Shown piece after piece: positions 14,065 to 26,789 of a DNA stretch of 64,000 nucleotides; positions within the stretch are counted from its first letter, which is position 1, and each line of letters begins with the position of its first letter. Made by a program: the position numbers and the translations under genes. The notes under the pieces are model-generated. The model worked only from the letters and a program-made list of their open reading frames with translations, was not told the DNA's origin and did not search any database. Location of the stretch: positions 1,050,066 to 1,114,065 of the forward strand of contig JAQGDQ010000011.1 of NCBI GenBank assembly GCA_030141605.1, given 5' to 3'. Source of the DNA: Tubiluchus corallicola (taxonomy: Eukaryota > Animalia > Priapulida).

Positions 14065-15344
14065 AGCTTAATCACGTGACCGTTCTGATCATCCTTGCTA
14101 GCTGCTCAGGGCTCTACAGTGCTCGAGTCATCACAATACTTTGACGGCCGTGTAAGTTAGAGAAACCTTTCATATTTAAAGGAGAAGAAAAAGGCAAATT
14201 AATGTAGCCCAGAAAATTTCCATGCACTGCTATATTGCTTAACATTACACTTACCTGCTTGCCTGTTTGAAGGCACTATATCAACTTCTCTGCATTTGCA
14301 GTCTTTCCTTTCAGCCTTCTTTCATTTAAGAAATTATTTTAGTAAGTTGTGTTCATGTGTTCGTTCCATAACTATTAAAGTTTTGATCATGAGGAGGTGA
14401 TAACTAAAATAATGTTCTTGCCGTTGTTGTTGTCCATGCAAACCTTACCCAAGCATAAAGCTCAGTGTCGTTTTTAATTTGTTCTGAATGAGGCGTGCAC
14501 TGCAGTGACAGGCTGATTGCCTAATTTGTCCCCTGAAAGCACTTTTGAAACTTTTGCAAATAGAGGAACATAGAATTCTTGTATCAATTAAAACAGTGTT
14601 TATAGTGCCAAATAAGGGCTTGTGAGACAATAAAGTGAAAAGGAAAACTTCCGAACGATGCACATGATCCCTTTCCTAACTTTTTATAACTATATTTGGC
14701 AGAATATTTAATACAAGAGCAAAGTAATCAAACGTGAGCTCATTAAAGTAAATATTAACTATACTAATAGCAAACCTTCACTGCATGGGAACCATAGTCT
14801 AAGTACACTCACGACAGCATAAAATTTCTTTATTATGATATGTTTTGAGCATATTTAGCTCTCTTCATCAGTCATAATAACCAGAACGACATAATATTAT
14901 GGAATAAAAGTTAACTGACAAAGCCTGTCTGATTGTTGATTGTTGCTTAGTCTTTCTTCTGTGTGCATTAGCCAAGAATTTTATATTGACATTTGTGTAA
15001 GGTGTATTGTTACTGTTGCAGTTTTAATTTTTGTTTCTTACATCAGTAAATGACTGATTGATGAGTGACAACTTGTGCTGTATACACTCGAGACTATTAA
15101 AATAAAGATTATTTTATGCCTTTATTGGCGCCTTTGTTTTTTGGACACTTATTATTAACAATATTAATATCGTTGGCAGAAATGTTTATAGGGATCTGCA
15201 AATAACAAAGCAAGTCATGAAAATAAAACAGGAAACGGCAGATGTGCTCGGTTGTGTACTAAACAAAGTAACATCAACTTGAACTGACCTGATGTGATTC
15301 GCTGTGCGCCTCAGGTATGCGGAAAACGTCGGAAATTTGCAAGT
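14065..15344. promoter_or_regulatory. Divergent (head-to-head) promoter region shared by CDC23 and EXOC6
   Basis: The start codons are 1.28 kb apart on opposite strands. A palindromic E-box TCACGTGA lies at 14072-14079, and ETS-like (C/A)GGAA cores lie near 15229-15337. Confidence 0.6.
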
Positions 15345-18300
15345 ATGGCTGAGTGCTGCGGTAGTGGAACTCCCTCAAGTACAAACAACTCTAAATTTGT
15401 TGCTAATCAAAATAAACCTGATAACGCTGAGGCAAAAAATTCTCATCATGAACATCTTGTTATTGAAATTGAGTCAGCTGAAGATGCGCTTGAGTCAATT
15501 GGGCCGTTATTTCGGTAAACTGGTTCAATAATTGTTGTCATGTTACTTTGTTAGTATGTAGCTGCACTAGGATTAGGGTTACCAAATGCTGTTCCAAAAA
15601 TTCGGTGATAAATCAACTATGGCGTCGAGGTGAGGCGGGGGGCTTCTGTCGTAAAATCCACAGCGGGGTACTTGCATTTATACTCAACAAGATTTAATCA
15701 GATAATTTAATTGGTTACTTGGACCTGTAGTTGTTGACATGATGCATGAAAGAAATGCCGAAACTGCCTGATAATCATAAAATATTAATATTTTACCGCA
15801 GGTAGACGTTACCAAAGCATCTTAAACGGCAAATAAACTGCGAATCACGCAATTGTACATCCATGTACTATGACATTAACATCGACGATACTGGAAGATT
15901 TGTTTATATTACACTGTTTTTATTTAGGATCTATACTGTGAAATCTAAATAAGTCAATTTAGCTTAAGTAATTTGCTAAGTTGTCTTGTATCCAGTTTCA
16001 TGGTTTACTAGGTTGTGATGTTTAATTCTAGCTTAAGTCGTTTGTTCATTCTTAAATCTGAGTTACTTTGCTCTGCCTCACCTCTACTACCAGGGTAATA
16101 AAAATAATGATTTCGTTTAGGGCATAGTCCATGGATAACACCTTAACTAACTCAATACTAAATTTCAAGATCATTATTATTCACATGTCACTTTGATAAA
16201 CCCGCATGCTTGCTGAAGAATCTGCAGTACTATTTTTTTAAGTATTTGGCATGACTCGCTCAGGAGTTCAATCTGCAACCCCTCAGGTGCTGGGATACAG
16301 GCAGCTGTCATTTCTCTCATATATTGTGCATAAAACGATAAATACTTAATTTCTCATCTTTAGAGATTTGACTTCAGTGGGAAGAATTTTATATTGCACT
16401 ATTAGAATATATTTTTGGCCATTAGTTTGATTTTTAATTTCAGGGCCATTTATGACGATGACGATCACAAACAGTTTATGGAAAAGTTGGACGAGAGAAT
16501 AAAGAATCATGATCGTGAAATTGAACGAATGTGCAACTATCATTATCAGGGATTTATTGACTCAATCCATGAATTACTGCAAGTTAGATCCGAAGCAGAG
16601 AGAGTGAAGGTGATGTGAGAATCTTCTGAACTTGGCATGCTAATCTTCATTGTTTGAATGCAGGCTTCTGTGGAGTGAAGATAAAATCACCATAGTACAT
16701 TAGTTCTTAGTCATCTTCTGTAGGGATGTCACAAAGTTCTGCCAGACCGAAGCTTTGGAACCAAATCCAAAGCTGAGCTTTGATTCAATTCGAATCCCAA
16801 TATGTTACTTTAGGTCCGACCCAATTCTGCAGAGATTCATAAATAAATTCGATTTAACTTCGACTGCAGTGAAAATTCAGTAGTGCTTTATTACAAAACA
16901 ATTATCCATGAGTTCTTTTACCCTGAAATTTTTTGGCAAAGTTAATTAATTCACTGTTGTTTTTTTTTGATAATTTTGTCTTATATAAGATATACTAATA
17001 TCCAGTTTCAGCGTGTGCCCGGGTTATGAAATCCTGCATGAAAGTGTGCACCACGATTTTCACTGTTAGTTCCAACAAAAATGCTAAGATTTCTTATTAT
17101 GCTTTAGCACAAGGCTGGACACAGTGTGGCTTAGATGAACTCAGTTTTTTGTCATCCGGATTTTTTACAATGAGTGCATGTAATAACACCCAAAGCCATT
17201 TGAACAAAATTTGGTTTAACGAAATATCTAAAAAATCCAGATTCTGATTTGATTCGGTTTCGAAAATTATTGTAAAATGAGATTCAGATTAAGATTCAGT
17301 AATTTCATATTCGCGACATCCTTAATCGTCTGCTTAGAATTTTTTTACTATTGCATCCTGACATGGCATACTTTGTGGAAAGAATTAAAACGTCTTTACC
17401 CTTTGACCTTTTGTGGTTGTGTCATTATCTGTCTTCCAGTTAATGAGCATTTTCCAGTTACCTTTGGTATTTGTCTTTTCAAATAATTTAATGTAATGTG
17501 CACAGTTTGTATGATTAACCACTATCTCTAAACTAAACACTCTTTGACAGTATAGGGAAATGTTTGGAGGACAATAAAAATATTTCTATTTCCACCTAAT
17601 TGCCCGGGTAATATTTTTTAGCACACACCCGGCTGGAAATTTTATAAATTTTTTGTACGTTCATATACTTACCTGACGCAGTTGTATAAAAACATATTTT
17701 TGTAATTTGCAATAAACACAAAATGCAATAATTATAACATTGTTGTTTTAACGAGGATGCAGCCATGTTTTTCTACGGCTAACTCCCTGCCCGGGATGCC
17801 GTTTTGCACGATGTTGATTAGTGTATTGGAAAGCTAAAATGTATCACATTTTCTGCCAAATCAGCATATTAACATATTATGGTAGTAGCTGCCATTCATT
17901 TGAAAATTATGACGTAACTGGTGGAATTCTCGACTTTTCATAAGCACATCATGGCTTTCAGTAAGCTCGCGCTCATTAAACTAATTCAAACGTGCGCAGC
18001 ATACGTAATGTTCATGCAAATGTATCACAAAATTTGCTATCTAATTTCTTGTAAAAACTTATTTTACTTTTGTTGGAAACTGACAGTGCGCTGCTTTGTC
18101 TAGACGATGAATAGCGTCATTAGTGGAAGAATGGGCGTTCAAAATAGGAGCGCTCAAATGTGAAGTGATCGCAATTTTTAAGTAATTTTACTAATTATAC
18201 GAGCGCTTATTGCACTTTTATAACTAAATCTTTCTAACATTTTTATCGAACATTCAAATGTTCACAGGCTAAATTCACAGAAGGCTTGGCCGTTCCTTTA

Positions 18301-21300
18301 AAATGTGTTGCTTAAGAAATTTTGTCTGGGTATTTCTAGACATATTCTTCATTTCTAATTTGATAAAAATGGTTTGGCACACAGCAAATCGGTATTCAGT
18401 ATAAACTTACGACAAACTTTAAATGTAATTGGTGGCAGGACTTGCTCACTCTAGGTCACTATCGAATAAAGTCCTGTAATGTGATGTACTGAGCTACCAA
18501 AAGTGTACAATGCATCTTATCGAATTGTGTATGATATGTGTTCTTAAGCTAAATATCAGGAAGGCAGTGTAGCAGATGAAACCGTCCACAATAAATTTCG
18601 TGATGGTTATGCATCCATGTACTAACCAGGCCCAACACTGCTTAATTTCGTTCGCTAAACACACATCGTGGCAACTAACTCCTTTCCTTCTTATGTGTTA
18701 TATATTTATTCCTGTCTGATCATTAACTGTGCTCAGTGATACAGTGATTGGTACAGTTTACATAATGTTTTTGTTGAATTTTAGGGTGAGATTAGAGATG
18801 TTAACACTAAACTGCAGCAGTCTGGATCATCTCTCATTGAAAAAGCCAGCGATGTCATATCAGCTCAGCAAGTACAGATGAACATCACTTGTACAATAGA
18901 GCGTTTGCAAATATGTCTTCCTGGTAAGTGATGTTTGCTAGAGCCCTGCAACTGCTGTATCAGAACTGTGGAACAACTCAACATGTTTTTATACATTCTG
19001 TATTTTGCAAGCTGCTAACCTAACACTTAATGAAGATGATTGTGGTAGGAACAAAACTCAATTCTAATCTTCTAAGGTGAAACACTGAATTGACATAGGA
19101 GTTTTAGCCTTGTTCACTTGTGCATTGAGTGTCCCTCAGCGAAATTCAGAACTGGGTGGGAGTATGGCAGATTTATCGATCTGCCATGCATTTACTGATC
19201 GGGCTTGATGTTGCCTAACTTTGGCTGTTGATCGTGCACTGTTACCAGCCCATCTATATCTAACGGTTAAATACATTAAGTGAAACTTTTGCACACTACC
19301 TGATGACTGTCTCTCAGTTTTGGTATTTGCTGACATTTTTGAAGCAGCGTCTGTAATGTCAATGACACAGCGATAAGCTAAAGTTGCCATAGTAAAATAA
19401 TTGAAGTAATTTATGTGACCTATGTGTTTTTATAATTTTGTAGACTCGTTTATTTTTACATTAAATGGCCCACACATTCAAACGATTGTTTAATTATCAT
19501 TTTAACTAAACTAAAGACAGGTTATGGTTTACCAAATTAAAAGAACACATGTTTACTTAATACATATTGTTATTTTTTTAGTTCTATCCATGTACGGAAA
19601 GCTCAAGGAACAGATGAAGAATAAAAGGTTTGAATTTACGTAATGTTTATCATAATTTAGAGAACAGTTGACTTCTGTGTGCTAACTGAGGGTCTGAATC
19701 ATGGAGATTAAAGAACTGTTTGTGTAGGTAAAATATTATCGCGAACCTGGGGCCGATTTCACAAAGCCATCATTATTACATTCACTTAACTATTAATAAC
19801 GATGTCGTCAGGTTAGTGATGGTTTTGTGAAATTGGGCCCTCATTTAAAATTAATCTACCCACACAACTTAAGGTGCACTGTAGTAATAAGTATATCGCT
19901 TGTGTAATATGGATGCTCTTTTTGAATGCATGATGACGTCTGTGTCCTAATTGCCTGTGTACCATGGTAGTTGTCATCTAGCTTGAAGACGGGGGGCATT
20001 TGGAAGTCACATCTGAAGTACAGTTTTGAATCTGTGAGCTTAAAGCCAGTGAGCTTAAAGCTTTGTGAATTTGGATTATCAGAGAATTTTGGAAAACAGA
20101 AATGACCTGGTGACTTTGAAGCTTCATACTGTTAATGACGAGAGAACAAACAGTTCTTGCCAGTTGAATGTCTGGATTTGAATATGAATCTGTCTGAGTT
20201 TCCTGTCGACAAATGAACGTTCAGAGAATCAGAAATAAATGCACGGCTTCGACACGAGAGAGTTCTATCAGCAACAACAAAAACTGTGCCATATTAACTC
20301 TTCTGTGCAAAAACTGTAACAATGTGTATTATCAAATATTTAGAGAATAATGGGGTGACCCAAAATACTAGTATAATACTTACATTAATAAAATTTTAAC
20401 AATGAAATTTTCAGCTGCAGCAAGTTGTCGCTTAACGACATTAATGCGTTCCAGCAAAACACGCCGTTAAGCGAAACGTCGCTAAATGAAATATTGCTTT
20501 CCCTAAGAAATAACGTAAAAGCATTCAATTGCATTCCAGGACCAAAAATCAATAGTGCTTGGCTAATTAAAAGGGATCAGTTACCTACAGCAGAACAAGA
20601 AGCATTTTCTATATAAAATCCTTCAGTAACATTGCAGGAGAAAAATCAATAAGGCTTAGCTCCTAAATTAACTAAGTAGATTGCTTACAGTTCTACATTA
20701 CGTATTCGTTTAACTAGAAAGCTAATGAGTAACTAAAGCATGAAAACTAAAATCATATTTGAAACATAGGTTCTGCCTCCTCTGGTGCTTTCTTTCAGTT
20801 ATTTTTTCTCCCTTTCTATCTCCTTTTTTCATAAAAATCATTGGTTGGCTGCTTAAATTTTTTTCTTTTACATCCACTTCCTTATAACACTGCATTGCAT
20901 TTGCTATGTCCCATCTTACTTTCGAGTTACGTTGTCTATCGTTTTCATTGTTGTGCTTGCCAGGTACAGCTAAAATGGAAATCAGGTAAATGCAGCTATT
21001 AACTGTTTAGGAGAGTTTTATCAACCAGAGGAATTTTATCTAAACGAGGGAAAACACTGAATTATGAAAACACTGAATGATTGTGATCTGCCTAGCTATG
21101 CATAAGTGCCCAGTCACCAGATGGTTTAGTATAGTGGTAATGCACCCACCTTTCGTCTGGGGGGTTGTTAGCTCGATACAGCAGCAGGATCATATCAAAT
21201 TCTTTGAAAATAGTACTTGCTGTTGCCCTACCTGCCGCAAGGTATTTTGAGTAAAAGTGGGGTAATAATAGTCTCTGTTATGTAATTGTAGATTGTTATT

Positions 21301-24300
21301 TACAGTCGGCCCAAAAGCACTTTGGAGTTTATGTTAATTGTTGATTCAAAAGGCCGACTTTAAATATAAATTTTTATTATTGTGATTTATTTATTTAGTT
21401 GGGCAAATTACTACCTGTCTACTAACCATACTGTGATCTGGGTTAAATGACGGGCTTCATTTGTAGAGTGGAAATGCAGTAAACAAGATTTAGTATACAA
21501 GATAAAGTTGTTGTTAAAATGAAGTATGCGACAGCAATTAATGCATTATTTAAGCATTGTAGCCCAATTTGTGAATTATCGACGTCATAATCTGGATATC
21601 AATATTAATTCTATGTCAGTGGCTGTTTTAAATATCTTATCATAATAATATAGTAACTAAAAGCATTACATTGAAAGAAGGTGTCACAGCACCCGGTTCT
21701 TTCAATGTAATGCTTTTAGTTACTACATAGTTTCAGTGTAACAATGTAATATTTCAAAATGGTCAAGGGTTGCAAAGGGCCACCCTTAATATTCTCGAAA
21801 GGGACTATCAGACCGTGAGAAAACTGTTGAGAAACAAATTTACACCCGTAAGTGCAAGGTTCGGCTAAAAAATGCCTTTTGGCTGCCAGACTAAAGACTA
21901 GTACATTTATGATAACAGATGTGTCTAGCAACCAACAGGGTAGTATACTCTTACACGTGCTGAATCAATTTCTTGCTGTTAATTTCTTTTGCTTGTGCGT
22001 AATGGCTTTGATTGTGTTGAAACCTCCTTTATGAGGCACAGACCTTGTGAACCCAACACCTTCATTTTTGTGCATGGTGCTAGTGAAGCAAACAAAGCTG
22101 TCTAAGCCAGTGCATACCTCTGACAAAATTTTCAAAACTAAGCTGCTCATGTGATGCTTTTGCATTGCACTTTCGCATTTTTGGCGTATTATAATAGATT
22201 GTATAATGTAATGTAGCTAAAACAACAAATTGTTTTCATACCTCATCTTTTACCTTAAATTCTCTCTTGACAATAGCATGTATGTTAATCTTTTTGTCTC
22301 ATTAATGGTTTGCTCATTGTTGTGTTTTCTTCTGCTGAAACAGTTGTAGCGAAAACAATAGATCCTATTTGAAAACGTCATAATTTTATCTTTTTTGTGT
22401 AGAATTTACCACTAATCTTCTTATCTTGTTGTAACAGTCTACATCAATGTATGTAATCACATTTTTAAGTTAATCTTTGAAAGACTGTTTTGTTTGTGGA
22501 CATATTATTGCTTTACTAGGAATGACATAGTCAATATGACAAACATTCTTATTTATAATATGTGATCCAGTTTTTACTATTCAAAACTTGTCAATATTCA
22601 CAATAATAATCTAGTTTGCTGTGTCTTATTAGTTTCTGAAAAGCATATATACTGGCTAACAGTTTTCGTTTTACTTCACGTATGTCGCCTCAACGTCGTT
22701 TTGAATGTGGAAGATACTGAAAGGAGACACACCTGGCAGTTGCTTGTTGACACAACAAATGATACACAAGATGAATATGTAATGAAATGCAGTGTCTGTT
22801 ATTTACTTTACTGATTCTCTTAATTATCAGTCAGTATGCCAGTTGCCCTCTTTTTTATATATAATTATGTGCATGGTGCATGTGTTGCAAACTTGTGAAG
22901 CATCTAAGCATCTTGTAATAAGTTGCGCTTTCCAGTCAAGTGATGTGGCAGAATACATTTTTACATCAACTGATAAAAACTGGGAATACAGAAAAACTAG
23001 GTAAAATGTCATAATTGGAAATATTTGCCTATAAGACTGCTTACTCTTTCAGAGAAATATTTTGTCCCAGAAAAGATTAGACTGAGCTAAAATAAATATA
23101 GGTGATTATGTGCCTTAATGCACATTATCGTTATGAGAAAAGAAGATTAATTGTTCATTTTAGACTGAAAAGGCAGCTTACAATAAAACAATGATGTGAT
23201 GTGCGAAAACAACCTTTTTAGTGATGCTATGACATATTGCTGAAAATGTGAAAGCGCAGTGATTGCCATTTTATCAAAGCTTTATTCTAAGCAAGGTTCA
23301 CTGTTGAAGTTTTATAAATCTCAGGATGTCATTTCTTGTAACAACTAATTCTATGGATGTTGGCAGAGAGAGCAGCACAATTGAACATAAACTTGGTCCA
23401 TCAGTTTAGTGTAACCAAACAGTAGATGACAGACATCCTGAAATGTATTTTATTAACGGATCCTTTTAAGAATTGACATTGGGAAAACTTCAAGTGTAAT
23501 AGTTTGAAGTAATAGACATTTCGGATTAAGAACATGAATATGGAAGGTTCGGCTGCTGCTAATCTATCTTTTGATAGCAGTTATAGTCTAGGCACCAGCT
23601 CATTTTTAAAAATAATAGCATCGCTTTTGCTGCTCACAGATTTTGCCATTGTCGTAGGTAACTTACTTGTATTGATGACAGTTTACAAGTGTGAAGAATT
23701 ACAGACAAGAATGAACATGCTTATTGTGTCACTAGTATGTGCTGACCTATTGGCTGGTCTGGCAATTCCTATTGAAGTTGCTGCTTTACTGAGACCGAAT
23801 GATCGACTTCAAGTTGGACTCTATAGTGGGATTTTTGCAGCTTGGGCTTGTGACACAAGTCTGTATCATCTGTATCTAATAGCCGCTGAAAGATATGTGG
23901 CAGTTGTACATCCTTTTAAATACTATTATGTGACAAAGAAACTGTTGGCAATGTTAATATTTTGTGCATGGATAACTGCATTAGCCGGATCACTTGTACT
24001 TTACTTGCTGCAAGATCCGAAACAATCAGTATTGTTCCTTAACGTGTATTTCGTTTTTTTCTTCTACATACCCGCAGTAATAATGGTAATTTTATATGTG
24101 TTGATATGGAAGACAGCCAGAAGACTTGTTCTACAGATTCATCCAGAAGATCCTCAAAGTGGTGCAACCATAAGAGAAATGAAAGCAACAAGAACCGTTG
24201 GTATAATCACAGTGGTGTTCTTCATCTGCTGGTGTCCTCTTTTGCTCTATCCATTTATATTATCATTTCTGAGAACTTGTCGGGATCATACTTGCTACTC

Positions 24301-26734
24301 ACATGAAGGCGTCATCTTGGTTTGGCTTGCTTACACGAATAGTGCACTGAATCCACTTATTTATGGAGCATCAAATAGTGCATTTAGAAAAGCATTTAAA
24401 AAGATTTTAAAATACGGTTAATCTGTGGTCATATTCTTATGTCCATTGATTTTAGTAAGTCTCTGTACTGCATAGTGCAGACCAAATTGTAGAACATTAC
24501 TCAAGAGCTAGCAAGACTAATTTGACAACTTAGAATTCAACTTGAAGAACCATAAGTTGAAATCTTCATATGCATGAATAGTTAGCAAGTGTGTGGCATA
24601 CAATACACGTGTATTTGTTAAATTATTAAAATTTAAATAACTTTCTGTTACTAGTGTGTTAATCATGTCTTTTGAAGGTTTATCAATATTGTGTGACGTT
24701 ACTAAACTTTCTGCACAGTTGTTAAAATAAATAACGCTGTTGTTGTTGTTGTTGCTGTTGCTGTTGTTGTTGCTGTTGTTCTTGTTGCTGCTGCTGCTGC
24801 TGCTACTGTTGTTGCTGTCATTGTTAGGTCCCCTGTTGTTGTTGTTGTTGCTGTTGCTGCTGCTGCTGCTGCTACTGTTGTTGCTGTCATTGTTAGGTCC
24901 CCTGACTTTCCAAGTCGTGCCGTCATGCAGTGTTCGTCGTTCGTTCACCATTTGCATTTAAGCCAGTTAAACATGAACCACTTACGGTGGCTTTGAGTTT
25001 TTTGGTATGGAGTAGCTTGGGGACAAAATCATGATCAAAGTCAAAGGTCATGGCAAGGGCATATCCAGGACAGAGGTAAACACACAGAATCTCAACAAGC
25101 ACGGTAATGATGGATCTAGTGGACTGATCTGATTCAGGTCAATGCAAGAAATTAAAGTGGGACCTCTGACCTGCTGATGACACCTATAGACAATTTTTTT
25201 TTACCCCTCTCTTTGGTGGATTCAGGAGTTAGAAGAGTTTGAGTCAGCTAATTGCGACAATCCAACAATGACAAAAGAATTTTAATCCCTCTCCCAGAGA
25301 GAGCATATATGGGATTCTGGCAATTGCAAGTATAGCGTTATAAAGGCAAGTTTTGTCCCGCAAAATGTCAAGTATATATGTTAGGCGATGGTGTAGAACT
25401 TTTGGGTAATTCCATTTAGTGACCATGTGACAAAGATATGACTGTCGAATGGGGCCAAAAACATCAACTGCGTGAAATTTGGACACGAAAATTATTTGAC
25501 CCTGTTTGACCTGGAAGCGCTGCTGGGAAATTATTTCTTTGCCTACCTTTATTGCCTATGAGAATTTGTGAACTAGTGAAAAAATGAATTAGGTCAGGTG
25601 CTAGGTAGCTGTTATAACTGTTACTATTACAATAGCATGGGCTGCTAGGTGTTGTCACAGGTGTACACAAATGCATTGTCTGGTACACTCAAGGCTTTTT
25701 CATGATCAGCATCAATCTCTTGAACTGTGAAAAGGTTTATTATAAACATTTTTCTTATTACTGTCTTTATTAATATTGCACATGATTAAAGCCGTGTTTA
25801 CTAGACGACCAATGTTATTACATATGTAATTTGCATTCTATACATAAAATCACATTATATAGTTTTTAACACACCCGGTTATCACACCTCTGTTATTGTA
25901 TTCATGTTATTGTGTATTGGAGCTTAGGGATGCAGAAAAACCTCAAACTCTCTGTAAGTGATTCTGCCAAAGGGTCTTCGGATAAAAGAGATACAAGACT
26001 ACAAAATACTATTGTATGGCGATGAAGCAGCCTTGATTAAATAATATGTATTCCATTCCACATGTCTGGTAAAATCGCAAACGTAATTTACTTTTGAGGC
26101 TATTTCACAAGTGTTTTTATGCACCCCGATTGATTAAATAACCCATACGCACAATAACACTCATACAATCTGATACTCTAGAAAATGCGGTTTAGCAGTT
26201 TGCTTGTATAAGCTTAAACATAAAACTTTATAACATTAACATTATACATAAAACTTATCACTAATTTCTTTGATTAATACTAGTTACACGAAAATCACAT
26301 GGAAATACAATTTGGCTTTGTGAATAGATAAATTAAGGGCTTCTGTATTTGCATTATTAATATATGGTTTAATAAAATCATGTACATTTAATTTATGTGA
26401 CATTTGCTATTACTGACCTCTAGTGATCCACTTCAGTATTTTAAATTAGACCAAATCATGTGTTTCGAGTATTATTAATAACAGAGATAATGCACTTATA
26501 TATTAGATGACATAAGACACTGCATAATAAAATTTACAACTCATGCAGATGTTTGGCATATGGAAAAGTACTAGGATTCATTGGTAAAAAATTAATATCT
26601 GTATGTCATGATAAGCAAAAATTACTTAATCCCCACAGTATTTTACCAATCTAGAATCTAGTCTTTATATCAAAGCTTGGTAGTCAATATACGCAGAATG
26701 ATAAGTTACCATTGTATTACATTTAAATCAGTAG

Positions 26735-26789
<55 letters not shown>

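Noticed and set aside
18605-18650. Functional 5S rRNA gene
   Set aside because: Only about 45 nt of the internal region match, with mismatches, and both ends of 5S are missing.
20030-20105. Kinase-like peptide LKPVSLKLCEFGLS
   Set aside because: It is produced by a 15-bp tandem duplication (gtgagcttaaagc). A stop follows within a few codons and no other kinase motifs are present.
24517-24961. Poly-Leu, poly-Asn/Ser and poly-Thr/Ala ORFs
   Set aside because: They are translations of the TTG/CTG microsatellite.
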